A stretch of DNA of 64,000 nt from Acidimicrobiia bacterium (GTDB taxonomy: Bacteria > Actinomycetota > Acidimicrobiia > Spongiisociales > ZC4RG35). The stretch spans positions 416 through 64,415 of the forward strand of contig JBEVJN010000042.1 of the NCBI GenBank assembly GCA_040510135.1, read 5' to 3'. The stretch's first letter is position 1; each line of letters starts with the position of its first letter. The position numbers and the translations under genes are program-made. Below, one piece after another: positions 37,266 to 47,346 of this stretch. Under the pieces are notes generated by a model, which had not been told where the DNA came from, searched no databases, and saw nothing but the letters and a program-made list of their open reading frames with translations.

Positions 37266-38231
37266 ATGCAGCGATTCCAGGTGTCCGAAGACTCGATGAG
37301 GCCCACGCTGGCGCCCGGCGACGAGTTCGTCGCCACTTCCTCGAGACAACCTGAAATCGGCGAGGTTGTCGCCCTCCCCCATCCCGACCGCCCAGACTTC
37401 TGGCTGGTAAAACGTCTCGACGCAGGCCCCGGCGACCGGGTCGATGGCCACGGCCCCCTGGCGCCCGATGCGGCCTGGGTGATCTCGGACAATCCCGAAG
37501 TGACGGCGGCCGACTCGCGCACCTTCGGCCCCGTCCCGATCTCCACCCTGCTGCCCATGGTCACCCGCATCGACGAGGCGTCCTTTCACGAAGCCGTGAC
37601 CCTCCTCGCCTCCGAGGATCCGGCGTTGGCCGCCGTCATCGACCGGCACGGGGTGCCACGGTTCTGGTCCCGCCCGGCCGGCTTCGCCACGCTGGTCTGG
37701 CTCATCATGGAGCAACAGGTCTCCCTCGAGTCGGGGGCGGCGATGTACCGAAGACTTCACGGGCTGCTCGGAGCCATCACACCGGAGGCTGTCACCGGCT
37801 CGACCGAGTTGGCCCTCCGTGACATCGGAATGACCCGGCAGAAGACCGCCTATCTCATCGAGTTGGGCCGGGCGGTGGCGAGTGGCGAGCTCGATCTCGA
37901 TGGGCTCGCCACGATGCCCCTCAGCGAAGCGAGAGACCTTCTGCTCGGGGTCAAGGGCATCGGCCCCTGGACCGCAGACGTGTACCTTCTCTCCGCGCTT
38001 CGCTTCCCCGACGTCTTCCCTCTCGGCGACCGGGCTCTCCAGGTCGGTGCCGGGGAGGCTCTCGGCATGACGTCGGTGCCGGATGGGGAGGAGCTCGAGC
38101 TCCTCTCCCTCCCCTGGCGCCCGATCCGGGCCGTGGCGGCGAGAATCATCTGGCATGCCTATCTGGGACACAGAGGGCGGGCTGAGCCACCGGACCCCAC
38201 CATTGGACGCGGAGTCGTGCGACCGGCGTAG
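37266..38231 (+). CDS. Fusion protein: SodX-like S26 maturation peptidase (N-terminal) plus HhH-GPD DNA glycosylase domain (C-terminal)
   Basis: N-terminal VSEDSMRPTLAPGDEF...WLVKRL...SDNP...DSRTFGPVP carries the S26 Ser/Lys dyad. C-terminal MEQQVSLESGAAMY...LLGVKGIGPWTADVYLL...FPLGDRAL is AlkA-like. There is no stop between the two parts. Confidence 0.7.
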   Translation: MQRFQVSEDSMRPTLAPGDEFVATSSRQPEIGEVVALPHPDRPDFWLVKRLDAGPGDRVDGHGPLAPDAAWVISDNPEVTAADSRTFGPVPISTLLPMVTRIDEASFHEAVTLLASEDPALAAVIDRHGVPRFWSRPAGFATLVWLIMEQQVSLESGAAMYRRLHGLLGAITPEAVTGSTELALRDIGMTRQKTAYLIELGRAVASGELDLDGLATMPLSEARDLLLGVKGIGPWTADVYLLSALRFPDVFPLGDRALQVGAGEALGMTSVPDGEELELLSLPWRPIRAVAARIIWHAYLGHRGRAEPPDPTIGRGVVRPA

Positions 38232-38240
38232 AGTCATCCC

Positions 38241-38642
38241 ATGACCGAGTTCGTGGTCCAGATGGAGAATCGTCCGGGCCGACTCGCGGCGCTGACCGAG
38301 GCCCTCGCCGCTTTCGGGGTCAACATCGAGGCCCTCGCCGCCTATGGCCACGATGGGGAAGGGACCGTCCGGCTGATCGTCGACGATGCCGCTACGACTC
38401 GGCGGGTGCTCGCCGAAGCCGCACTCAACAACGAAGAGCGCACCGTGCTCACCGCACAACTCCCGCATCGTCCGGGCGAGCTCGCCCGGCTCACTCGCCT
38501 CCTGGCAGACGCCGGTGTGAATATCGACGCCCTCTACGTGTTGAGGTCGAACGCCGAAGGAATCGAATTGGCGATCTCCATCGACCAGACCGACGAGGCC
38601 GTGCCCGAGTTGCCGATAACCGGTGGGGCGTTAGTGGTCTAA
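38241..38642 (+). CDS. ACT-domain protein
   Basis: Two ACT-like repeats (VQMENRPGRLAALTEALAAFGVNIEAL; LPHRPGELARLTRLLADAGVNIDAL). Confidence 0.7.
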   Translation: MTEFVVQMENRPGRLAALTEALAAFGVNIEALAAYGHDGEGTVRLIVDDAATTRRVLAEAALNNEERTVLTAQLPHRPGELARLTRLLADAGVNIDALYVLRSNAEGIELAISIDQTDEAVPELPITGGALVV

Positions 38643-38670
38643 TAACGGGGCAGCGATACTCTGCCGCCCC

Positions 38671-39762
38671 ATGTTCTCATCATTCGCACAATGGGTCAGT
38701 GCCCATAAGGTCATCTCGATATTGGCTGGCGCCGTTCTCGTCGTCGGCGTCGGCACCGGAATCTTCATGGCAGCCAACGCGTCAACAGGAGCCACCACGA
38801 CGACAAGCGAGCCATCGACGACCAGTGCTCCCAGCACCACCCTGGCCACCACCACATCGGCCCCCACCACCACCGTGGCCTCCACAATGTCGCCGATCAA
38901 CGGGGTGCAGGTCGACGACCCTGCCCTCCTGGACCGCCGATTGCTGGCGGTCAAGGTCGACAACCATCCCAATGCGCGGCCGCAATCCGGGATCAACCTC
39001 GCCGACATGGTCTTCGAGATCAGAGTGGAGGGGATCACCCGCTTCCTGACCCTCTGGATGCAGTCGGACGCAGAGTTCCTGGGCCCAATGCGATCGGGAC
39101 GACCGACGGACGCAACTCTCCTCAGCGCCCTCAACACCCCGACGTTCGCCATCTCCGGGGCTCAGGGTTGGGTTCAGGCGATGATCACCTCGATGAACAT
39201 CAACCTCCTCACCGAGACGACACCGGCGGCTTTCCGAGTTCCGTTCCGCAGCGCTCCACACAATCTCTACACCACTACCCCGGGTCTGAGAGCCGATGCA
39301 GACGCCAGGGGATATGAGGATCTGCCTCCGACCGGCCCGGTTTGGGAGTTCGGGCCGATGCCCGCCGACGCGGCACCTGCCAGCACGGTCCACATCGATT
39401 TCCAGGGGACCAGTGTCGACTGGACGTGGGATGAGGCAACAGGAACCTGGTTGCGCAGCACCGACGGTGCTGATTCCAACTGGCGCAACGAGGACGAGAC
39501 GGAGGGCCGCATCGGGTTCCCCAACTTGATCGGTCTCGTCTCCGAGCAGTACTCGAACAACGGCCTGCCCAGCTCGCACACCACTGGCACCGGACAGGCG
39601 TGGGTGTTCGCCGAAGGCAAGGTCGTCGAGGGGACCTGGACACGCGAAACCGAGACCGAGTGGTACACCCTGACCGATGCCGATGGGAACACGATCGCGG
39701 TGCCCCCGGGCCAGGTGTGGATCTCGCTGGTACCGGACACCGGCGGCCTCACCTTTGAATAG
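38671..39762 (+). CDS. DUF3048-family secreted/membrane-anchored protein
   Basis: N-terminal TM helix, Thr/Ser/Pro linker, then VKVDNHPNARPQSGINLADMVFEIRVEGITRFL. Confidence 0.75.
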   Translation: MFSSFAQWVSAHKVISILAGAVLVVGVGTGIFMAANASTGATTTTSEPSTTSAPSTTLATTTSAPTTTVASTMSPINGVQVDDPALLDRRLLAVKVDNHPNARPQSGINLADMVFEIRVEGITRFLTLWMQSDAEFLGPMRSGRPTDATLLSALNTPTFAISGAQGWVQAMITSMNINLLTETTPAAFRVPFRSAPHNLYTTTPGLRADADARGYEDLPPTGPVWEFGPMPADAAPASTVHIDFQGTSVDWTWDEATGTWLRSTDGADSNWRNEDETEGRIGFPNLIGLVSEQYSNNGLPSSHTTGTGQAWVFAEGKVVEGTWTRETETEWYTLTDADGNTIAVPPGQVWISLVPDTGGLTFE

Positions 39763-39794
39763 CGCGGCGTGGCGGCTGCATTAGCTTCGTCCCG

Positions 39795-41093
39795 GTGAAC
39801 GCAGCGCTCGCCGTCGAACGGGTCACCGTGGCGCTGGAGCGGGCAGACGAAGCTCAGGCCACGTTGAACGTGTTCACCCAGCTCGACCACGATGCGGCCA
39901 TGGACCGCGCGGCCGGAATCGACGCGGCTGCCGGAGAAGGCATGCCCGACGGGGACCTGGCCGGAGTGCCGATAGGGATCAAGGATCTGATCGATCATGA
40001 GGGTCGGATCACCACTGCCGGCTCTGCCTTCTACCGCCACGAGGCCCAACGGTCTTCCTCGGTTGTCAGCCGGCTGGAGGAAGCGGGGGCGGTGGTGATC
40101 GGTCGGACCGGTCTTCATGAGTTCGCCTTCGGCTTTTCCTCGGAGAACCCGCATTTCGGGCCGGTGCGCAATCCGTGGGACCCGGGCACTTCACCGGGAG
40201 GGTCGTCGGGCGGTTCGGCCGCAGCGATTGCCGCCGGGATCACCCCGATCGCCATCGGCACGGACACCGGCGGCTCGGTTCGGGTCCCGGCCGCACTGTG
40301 TGGGTGCTACGGGCTCAAGGTGACCCACGGGCGCATTCCGCTCGACGGCGTGTTCCCCCTGGCCGGCTCGGTCGACACCGTCGGCCCTCTCGCCGACTCG
40401 ATCGATGGCCTCGACCGCTCGTACCGGGCCCTTTCCGGCGATCGAAGCGACGGGTCACGTGAGGTACTTCGTCTCGGTGTGCCCGAGCCCTGGGTCGGAC
40501 AGTCCCCGACGGACGACGAGGTGGGAGAAGCGTTCGAGGAGGCGGTGATTGCACTCGCTGCCGTCGGGCACCAGGTGACTCGCATCGAGATGCCCGGGGT
40601 CTTGCCGGCACCCGAGCTGATCGATGCCATCGCAGGCGAGGTCGCAGCGGTGCATCGTCGATTCCGCGAGGAGGGCCTCCCCTATGGCGCCGACGTGGCC
40701 AAGAGAGTGGACGACTGTCTAGAGACCGGCCGGGACAGGATCGACGAAGGCCGGGCCTGGCAGCAGATGATCCGGAGCCGGTTCGCCGATGCCTTCGAAG
40801 AGGTAGACCTCGTCCTCACTCCGACCACCCCAGTGATGCGAAAGGTCATCGGCGAGGACATGATCGGTGACCGTCATTACCGGGCGGTCCTCTCCTGGTT
40901 CAGCGCTCTGGTCAATCACGCGTTGCTCCCCGCGATCGCCCTTCCCCTGGCCGGCGCGGGCGCCCCGCCGGTTTCCCTCCAGGCCATTGGGCCGCTCGGC
41001 TCAGAGACAACTCTCCTCCGGTTCGGTAGAACTCTGGAGGATTCCGGGCTGGTCGGATTCTTCCCGGCGCCTATGGCTGCGGGTAGCACATGA
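39795..41093 (+). CDS. Amidase (amidase-signature family)
   Basis: GGSSGGSAAAIAAG...GTDTGGSVRVPAA. GTG start. Confidence 0.85.
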   Translation: MNAALAVERVTVALERADEAQATLNVFTQLDHDAAMDRAAGIDAAAGEGMPDGDLAGVPIGIKDLIDHEGRITTAGSAFYRHEAQRSSSVVSRLEEAGAVVIGRTGLHEFAFGFSSENPHFGPVRNPWDPGTSPGGSSGGSAAAIAAGITPIAIGTDTGGSVRVPAALCGCYGLKVTHGRIPLDGVFPLAGSVDTVGPLADSIDGLDRSYRALSGDRSDGSREVLRLGVPEPWVGQSPTDDEVGEAFEEAVIALAAVGHQVTRIEMPGVLPAPELIDAIAGEVAAVHRRFREEGLPYGADVAKRVDDCLETGRDRIDEGRAWQQMIRSRFADAFEEVDLVLTPTTPVMRKVIGEDMIGDRHYRAVLSWFSALVNHALLPAIALPLAGAGAPPVSLQAIGPLGSETTLLRFGRTLEDSGLVGFFPAPMAAGST

Positions 41094-41204
41094 GGCCGAT
41101 AAACTGAGATGGCGCGGCAACCGGGATGCGGTCTTCTCACCAGAACCTCGTTTCAAGGCCCTGGCGATACGCGCACTGGTGACAACTCAAGGATGTGAAC
41201 CAAA

Positions 41205-43082
41205 GTGGCCGACGAGATCGCCACAGCTGAACCCTCAACCCCGACCAAGACCGAGACCCTCGACAAAGTAGTGATCCGCTTCGCCGGAGATTCCGGCGAC
41301 GGGATGCAGGTAGCCGGATCAAGGTTCACCGACGCCAGTGCCCTGTTCGGCAATGACCTGGCGACCCTTCCCTCCTTCCCGGCCGAGATCCGCGCCCCGG
41401 CGGGGACGCTCCCCGGGGTGTCGAGCTTCCAGGTCCAGATCGCCGACTTCGACATCCTCACCGCCGGTGACTCGCCCGACTGCCTGGTGGCGATGAACCC
41501 GGCGGCGCTGAAGAAGAACCTCAAGGACCTGCGTCAGGGCGGGACCCTGATCATGAACACTGACGCCTTCGACGAGCGCAACCTGGCCAAGGCCGGATAT
41601 GAGAGCGACCCCCTCGAGGACGGCACGCTGGACGGATACCGTGTGATCAAGGTCCCCATGGACGACTTGACCAAGGAAGCGGTCAAAAACACCGGGGTGT
41701 CGGGTCGGAGCGTGCTTCGCTCCAAGAACTTCTTCGCCCTGGGCCTGCTCGCCTGGCTGTTCCACCGACCCACCCAGCCGACCATCGATTGGGCTCAGAA
41801 GAAGTTCTCACGCACCCCCGAGGTGGCTGCTGCCAACGTCGCCGCATTTCAGGCCGGGTACACCTTCGGTGAGGCCACCGAGGCAGCCAAGATCACATTC
41901 GAGGTCAAGCCTGCCTCGCTTCCCCCCGGCACCTACACCAATGTCAATGGCAACACCGCACTCGCCTGGGGACTGATCGCCGCCTCCAAGCTCTCCGGCC
42001 TCCCCTTGTTCTACGGCACCTATCCGATCACTCCCGCCTCGGACATCCTTCACGAACTGGCCCGTCACAAGAACTTCGGGGTTCGCACCTTCCAGGCCGA
42101 GGATGAGATCGCTGGCGTCGGGAGCGCCATCGGCGCCGCCTTCGCCGGGAGCCTGGCCGTCACCGGCTCATCCGGACCTGGTATCGCGCTGAAGAGCGAG
42201 GCCATATCTCTCGCCTTCATGATGGAGTTGCCACTCATCGTCATCAACGTCCAGCGCGGCGGCCCATCGACCGGTCTGCCCACCAAGCCCGAGCAATCCG
42301 ACCTGCTGTTCTCCCTGTACGGTCGTCACGGTGAGTCACCGATCCCGGTTCTGGCGATCGCCTCGCCGTCGGACGCCTTCGAGCTGACCATCGAGGCAGC
42401 CAGACTCGCAATCAAGTACATGACCCCGGTCCTGCTCCTCAGCGACAACCAGGTCGCGAACGGCTCCGAGCCCTGGATGCTGCCCGACGTGAATGCCCTG
42501 GCGCCGATCGAAGTCACGTTCGCCCAGCATCCCAACGGGCCTGACGGCACGTTCCTTCCCTACATGCGGGACATCGACACCTTTGCCCGCCCGTGGGCCG
42601 TGCCCGGCACTCCCGGGCTGGAGCACCGGATAGGTGGTCTGGAGAAAGAGGCGATCACCGGGAACGTGTCCTATGACCCGGCCAACCACCAGCTCATGAC
42701 CGACACGAGAGCGTGGAAGGTGGCCAACATCGTCAACGACATCCCCGACCTCGAGGTGGCTGGTGACGAGGATGCCGACATCCTGGTGCTCGGGTGGGGA
42801 TCGACCTTCGGCTCGATACGCGCTGCCGCCCGGCGAGTGCGGCTGGACCACGGCGGCAAGGTGGCGACGCTCCACCTGCGTCATCTCAACCCGATGCCTC
42901 AGAATCTCGGGGACATCCTGCACCGCTATGACAAGATCCTGATCCCGGAGTTGAACACCGGCCAACTGCGCAAGGTGATCAGGGCCGAGTTCCTCGTCGA
43001 CGCCAAGGGCTTGAACAAGGTCGCCGGCGAGCCGTTCAAGATCTCGGAGATAACAGAGAAGATCCTGGAGATGATCAAGTGA
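41205..43082 (+). CDS. korA: 2-oxoacid:ferredoxin oxidoreductase subunit alpha
   Basis: FAGDSGDGMQ...YPITPAS...SGPGIALK. GTG start. Confidence 0.9.
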   Translation: MADEIATAEPSTPTKTETLDKVVIRFAGDSGDGMQVAGSRFTDASALFGNDLATLPSFPAEIRAPAGTLPGVSSFQVQIADFDILTAGDSPDCLVAMNPAALKKNLKDLRQGGTLIMNTDAFDERNLAKAGYESDPLEDGTLDGYRVIKVPMDDLTKEAVKNTGVSGRSVLRSKNFFALGLLAWLFHRPTQPTIDWAQKKFSRTPEVAAANVAAFQAGYTFGEATEAAKITFEVKPASLPPGTYTNVNGNTALAWGLIAASKLSGLPLFYGTYPITPASDILHELARHKNFGVRTFQAEDEIAGVGSAIGAAFAGSLAVTGSSGPGIALKSEAISLAFMMELPLIVINVQRGGPSTGLPTKPEQSDLLFSLYGRHGESPIPVLAIASPSDAFELTIEAARLAIKYMTPVLLLSDNQVANGSEPWMLPDVNALAPIEVTFAQHPNGPDGTFLPYMRDIDTFARPWAVPGTPGLEHRIGGLEKEAITGNVSYDPANHQLMTDTRAWKVANIVNDIPDLEVAGDEDADILVLGWGSTFGSIRAAARRVRLDHGGKVATLHLRHLNPMPQNLGDILHRYDKILIPELNTGQLRKVIRAEFLVDAKGLNKVAGEPFKISEITEKILEMIK

Positions 43083-44107
43083 CCGCCCCGTCCTACACCC
43101 GCGCCGACTTCCAGACGGATCAGGAGGTTCGCTGGTGCCCCGGATGCGGGGACTACACCATCCTCGCCTCGGTTCAGCAGTTCCTCGCCGGTCTCGGTCG
43201 ACCCCGGGAGGAATTCGTCTTCGTCTCGGGCATCGGGTGCGCTGCCCGCTTCCCCTACTACATGAACACCTTCGGGATGCACTCCATCCACGGGCGCGCC
43301 CCGGCCATCGCCTCCGGGATCGTCGCAACCCGCCCCGACCTCTCGGTGTGGGTGATCACCGGTGACGGTGACGCCCTCTCCATCGGCGGCAACCATCTGA
43401 TCCACGCCCTCCGCCGCAACGTCGATATGAAGATCCTGCTCTTCAACAACCAGATCTACGGGTTGACCAAGGGGCAGTACTCGCCGACATCGGAGGCCGG
43501 GAAGACCACCAAGTCCTCGCCGTACGGCTCGATCGATTACCCCTTCAATCCGGTGTCATTGGCCCTTGGCGCCGAGGCGACCTTCGTGGCCCGCACGCTC
43601 GACATGGATCGGAACCACACCCAGGCCCTGCTCCAGGCTGCCTACGAGCACGAGGGCTCGGCTTTCATCGAGATCTATCAAAACTGCAATGTCTTCAATG
43701 ACAAGGCCTTCATCCAGCTCACCGGGAAAGAGGAGCGGGTCCACAACCGGATCGACCTGGAGGCAGGCAAGCCGATCGTGTTCGACGGCGGGGCCAAGGC
43801 CGTGGTGATGAGAGAGGGCCAGGCGACCATCGTCGACTCGTCGAGCGTCGACCCAAAGGCAATCCTGGTCCATGATCCGACCCGGCCCGACCCGGCGATC
43901 GCCTTCGCCCTCAGCAGGCTCTCCCATGGGCCATATGGGCCGACTCCGCTCGGCATCTTCCGCGATGTGAGCCGTCCCACCTACGAAGGTCAGATGCACG
44001 CCCAGATCGAGGCCGCCAAAGAGAAGAACGGTGAGGGTGACCTGTCCCGCCTCATAACCAGCCAGGGCACCTGGACGGTGAAAGACCCGTCGTCCAACGG
44101 GGGCTGA
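43079..44107 (+). CDS. korB: 2-oxoacid:ferredoxin oxidoreductase subunit beta
   Basis: WCPGCGDY...GIGC...ITGDGD (TPP-binding). 4-nt overlap with korA. Confidence 0.9.
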   Translation: MTAPSYTRADFQTDQEVRWCPGCGDYTILASVQQFLAGLGRPREEFVFVSGIGCAARFPYYMNTFGMHSIHGRAPAIASGIVATRPDLSVWVITGDGDALSIGGNHLIHALRRNVDMKILLFNNQIYGLTKGQYSPTSEAGKTTKSSPYGSIDYPFNPVSLALGAEATFVARTLDMDRNHTQALLQAAYEHEGSAFIEIYQNCNVFNDKAFIQLTGKEERVHNRIDLEAGKPIVFDGGAKAVVMREGQATIVDSSSVDPKAILVHDPTRPDPAIAFALSRLSHGPYGPTPLGIFRDVSRPTYEGQMHAQIEAAKEKNGEGDLSRLITSQGTWTVKDPSSNGG

Positions 44108-44141
44108 ATCCGACTTCCGGCCGGGTCCGGGATCGAGCCCA

Positions 44142-44720
44142 TCACCTGACGATGCCGTGCGTTGCTGCGGCGACGATGGCGTCGACCAGGCCGCCACGAT
44201 CCAGAGCCCCATCGGGGGAGTACCAGCGTTGCACCGCATTGAGGATGGACAGGATGAATATCGACGCGATCTTGGGATCCGTCCCCGCCCCGAACGTTCC
44301 GTCCTCCGCTCCGTCGGCGATAACGGCCCGAAAAGCCGCCTCGTAGGCATCCCGGGCGGCAATCACACGGGCACGATGCACCTCGTCGAGCATGCGCGCC
44401 TCGTTGAGGAAGGTGCGGACGACATCGGAGTTGTCGACGACCACTGCGACATGGCCGGCAACGAGGCGACGCAGCCTCTCGGCTGCGGTCCCACCCCGGC
44501 CGAGCGCTTCCTCCGCCGAATCCTGGAAGAGACGCGCCCCCTCCTCCACGACCTCGACCAGAAGGTCCTGCTTCGATTCGACATGCGCGTATAGCGACGA
44601 ACCGAGAAGGCCAAGCTCTCGTCCCAGGTCGCGCATCGATGTTCCGTGATAGCCACGCTCCGCAAAAAGCCTCCCGGCAGCGGCCACAACGTCGGAGCGA
44701 CTGTTGCGAGTGGTGACCAT
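44142..44720 (-). CDS. TetR-family regulator (PaaR-like), last gene of the paa operon
   Basis: AAAGRLFAERGYHGTSMRDLGRELGLLGSSLYAHV is the TetR HTH. Start trimmed to ATG 44720 (TGATG junction with paaE). Confidence 0.8.
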   Translation of the reverse strand: MVTTRNSRSDVVAAAGRLFAERGYHGTSMRDLGRELGLLGSSLYAHVESKQDLLVEVVEEGARLFQDSAEEALGRGGTAAERLRRLVAGHVAVVVDNSDVVRTFLNEARMLDEVHRARVIAARDAYEAAFRAVIADGAEDGTFGAGTDPKIASIFILSILNAVQRWYSPDGALDRGGLVDAIVAAATHGIVR

Positions 44721-45790
44721 CAGCGGTGGTCGTAACGGACGACGACCCGATCCGAGACCGGGTGCGATTGGCAGGTGAGCACGTAGCCGGCCTCGAGCTC
44801 GGAGTCGACCAAGGCGTAGTTCTTGTCCATACGCACCTCGCCCTCTTCGATGCGTCCCTTGCATGTGGCACACATCCCGCCCTTGCACGAAAAGGGGAGC
44901 TCGGATCGCACCCTGAGTGCCGCGTCGAGGATCGAAGTCTCTGGCGTCATCCTCGTCTCGACGGCCCTTCCGTCGAGTATGACGGTCAGATCGATCGACC
45001 CCTCCCCGGGCGGAGGCTCAGGCGGCAGGGAATCAGGGTCCAATGGCCCGGCAAAGAAGAGCTCGTCGTGAATGCGAGCTTGGTCTACCCCAAGATCACT
45101 CAAGGTGCGCCGTGCGGCCATCACCATGTCGTAAGGGCCGCAGAGATACCAGCCATCGACCTCCCGCCCGCCAAGCAGGCGATCGTGGACGACGCGGATC
45201 TTGGCGTCGTCGATTCGGCCGGAGAGAAGCGGCAGATCCGAGCCCTCCCGGCTGAGGAGGTGAAACAGCTGGAAACGGCCGGGATAGCGGTCCTTCAATC
45301 CCTCCAGTTCCTCCAGGAACATGACAGTGTTGGCCGTTCTGTTCCCGTAGAGAAGCGTCCATGACGAGTCTGGCTCGATCTCGAGCGTGGTGGCGATGAG
45401 TGCCAGCACAGGCGTTATCCCCGAGCCTGCGGCGATGGCGACCCGATGCCCGGGCATCGCGGGATCAGGGTGGATGGTGAACTCCCCCACCGGCGGCATC
45501 ACCCCGAGGACGTCTCCGGCTTTCAGCTGGTCGATAGCCCAGGCCGAGAAGACGCCTCCCGGCAAACGCTTGATTCCCACCCTGAGTTTGCCGCCGGCCG
45601 CGTTCGAGCAGATCGAGTACGAACGCCGCAGATCCTCGCCATCGATTTCCGCGCGCACGGTGACGTGCTGGCCCGGGAGGTAGTGGAAAACGTCGCTGAG
45701 GTGCTCAGGCACGTCGAAGGTGACCGCGATCGAGTCCTCGGTGAGAGGCGACACCTCGAGCACCCGCAACGGGTGGAAATCGACGCTCAT
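44720..45790 (-). CDS. paaE: Phenylacetyl-CoA epoxidase reductase subunit
   Basis: FNR-like RSYSICS...GSGITP plus C-terminal plant-type 2Fe-2S motifs (CKGGMCATCK...C). Start trimmed to ATG 45790. Confidence 0.85.
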   Translation of the reverse strand: MSVDFHPLRVLEVSPLTEDSIAVTFDVPEHLSDVFHYLPGQHVTVRAEIDGEDLRRSYSICSNAAGGKLRVGIKRLPGGVFSAWAIDQLKAGDVLGVMPPVGEFTIHPDPAMPGHRVAIAAGSGITPVLALIATTLEIEPDSSWTLLYGNRTANTVMFLEELEGLKDRYPGRFQLFHLLSREGSDLPLLSGRIDDAKIRVVHDRLLGGREVDGWYLCGPYDMVMAARRTLSDLGVDQARIHDELFFAGPLDPDSLPPEPPPGEGSIDLTVILDGRAVETRMTPETSILDAALRVRSELPFSCKGGMCATCKGRIEEGEVRMDKNYALVDSELEAGYVLTCQSHPVSDRVVVRYDHR

Positions 45791-45791
45791 C

Positions 45792-46253
45792 TCAGAACTC
45801 CTTGAAATGATCGAATGGCTCGCCACACGTGCGGCAGGCCATCAGTGCCTTGCAGGCAGTGGACCCGAACCTCGACACAAGCCGGGCCGACCCCGATCGG
45901 CACCTCGGGCAGACGATCTCTGCTCCAGGCGGTGCGATTCCGAAGCTGGTCAGCTTCTCCAGGCCCTCCGGTGTGATCCATTCGCTGCTCCACGGAGGCT
46001 CGTGCTCCGTGACGACATCGACTTCGTCGAAGCCGGCGGCTCGGAGCGCGGCGCGCAGGTCATCTTCGATCTGCCGCATGGCCGGGCATCCCGAATAGGT
46101 GGGTGTGATGGTGGCTACCACCCGGTGCCCGTCACTACGAACATCGCGCAGGATCCCCAGTTCGGCGATGCTCAGCACGGGGATCTCGGGGTCGACGACA
46201 CGTGACGCCACGGAGCGGGCCCGGTCGTTGTCGAGCGTGGTCGCCGTCACCAT
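45792..46253 (-). CDS. paaD: Phenylacetyl-CoA epoxidase subunit PaaD
   Basis: VVDPEIPVLSIAELGILRDV...PTYSGCPAM...CPRCRS...C..C. Confidence 0.85.
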   Translation of the reverse strand: MVTATTLDNDRARSVASRVVDPEIPVLSIAELGILRDVRSDGHRVVATITPTYSGCPAMRQIEDDLRAALRAAGFDEVDVVTEHEPPWSSEWITPEGLEKLTSFGIAPPGAEIVCPRCRSGSARLVSRFGSTACKALMACRTCGEPFDHFKEF

Positions 46254-47005
46254 TCCAGCCCCGGATGACTGCGCTGCATCCATTGCATCTCGGCGAGAAG
46301 CGCCCCGAGATGCTCGGAGTGAAAGCCGCGGCGGCCCCCGCTCCGCTGATAGGGATCGTCGGGAATTCGCAGGCCGGCCTCGTCAAGGATCTCTCCAACA
46401 GTCTTCTCCCATACGTCTCGATACCCCGATGCCTCTCCTTCGAAGAGCTCTGCGGTGTATCTCCAGAGGTGGTCGACCGCCGCCTGAGCCCGACGATGCG
46501 ACTCACCTGTGCCGTCACCGAGGCGGATCACCCAGGACGATGAATGGAGCAGGTGATAGCGCGCCTCTTTGAGGGCCCGCGCCGCGATCCCGGACAGAGA
46601 CGTGTCTTCGGCAAACGACGGATCGGCCCAGAGCTCGACCTGATAGACGTCGAAGAAGACTCCCCGCACCATGGTGTGGGCGAAATCGCCATTGGGTTGC
46701 TCAACCAGGAGGAGGTTGAGGAACTCCCGCTCCGACCGCCGCATGGCGAAGTCGTCCTCGCTGCGCCCTTTCCCTTCCAAGGACCCGGCCTGCGTGTATA
46801 GAGCGCGTGCCACGCCGATGTGATCGAGGGCGATGTTGCCCAGGGCGATGTCCTCCTCGAGCTCGGGGGCTCGGGAAATCCATTCAGCGAGCCGTTGGGC
46901 GAGGATCAGGTTGTCGTCAGCATGGGCGACCAGGGCGTGAACCGGGTCCGATCGGTCGGAATCAGGCGCGCCCTGGGGAGCCGTGGACAGGGTCGCCTCG
47001 CTCAC
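46247..47005 (-). CDS. paaC: Phenylacetyl-CoA epoxidase subunit PaaC
   Basis: ADDNLILAQRLAEWISRAPELEEDIALGNIALDHIG. GTGA overlap with paaB. Confidence 0.85.
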   Translation of the reverse strand: MSEATLSTAPQGAPDSDRSDPVHALVAHADDNLILAQRLAEWISRAPELEEDIALGNIALDHIGVARALYTQAGSLEGKGRSEDDFAMRRSEREFLNLLLVEQPNGDFAHTMVRGVFFDVYQVELWADPSFAEDTSLSGIAARALKEARYHLLHSSSWVIRLGDGTGESHRRAQAAVDHLWRYTAELFEGEASGYRDVWEKTVGEILDEAGLRIPDDPYQRSGGRRGFHSEHLGALLAEMQWMQRSHPGLEW

Positions 47006-47346
47006 ATGTGACCGACTTCGTCGGGTATGTCATAGGAGGTAGCCAACCGGTATGTCTTCTCATTGGCGTCGACGTAGTCGGAGATCTCGCCTGGCTCGAA
47101 GGCCTGGATCTCATTGCTGCGCACCACCCAAAGACTGGCCCCCTCGCCCCGGCGGGTGTACACATCCCGGGCGTTCTGGAGGGCAGCCTCGGCGTCCGCG
47201 GCGTGAAGGCTCCCAATGTGCACATGGGAGATCCCACGTCGCGCCCGGACGAAGACCTCCCACATCGGCCATGCCTCCGCAGTCAGATCAGCCGTCTCTT
47301 CGATCTCCGCGCTCTCGCCAGGCGCCACGGGCACTTCGTAGGTCAT
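47002..47346 (-). CDS. paaB: Phenylacetyl-CoA epoxidase subunit PaaB
   Basis: [26 protein letters not shown]...[12 protein letters not shown] overlap with paaA. Confidence 0.9.
   Translation of the reverse strand: MTYEVPVAPGESAEIEETADLTAEAWPMWEVFVRARRGISHVHIGSLHAADAEAALQNARDVYTRRGEGASLWVVRSNEIQAFEPGEISDYVDANEKTYRLATSYDIPDEVGHM

Noticed and set aside
37017-38468. 483-aa minus-strand ORF spanning the sodX-fusion and ACT genes
   Set aside because: It is antisense to two well-supported genes and its composition is dominated by Arg/Gly/Pro/Glu with no recognisable motif. This is a typical shadow ORF of GC-rich DNA.
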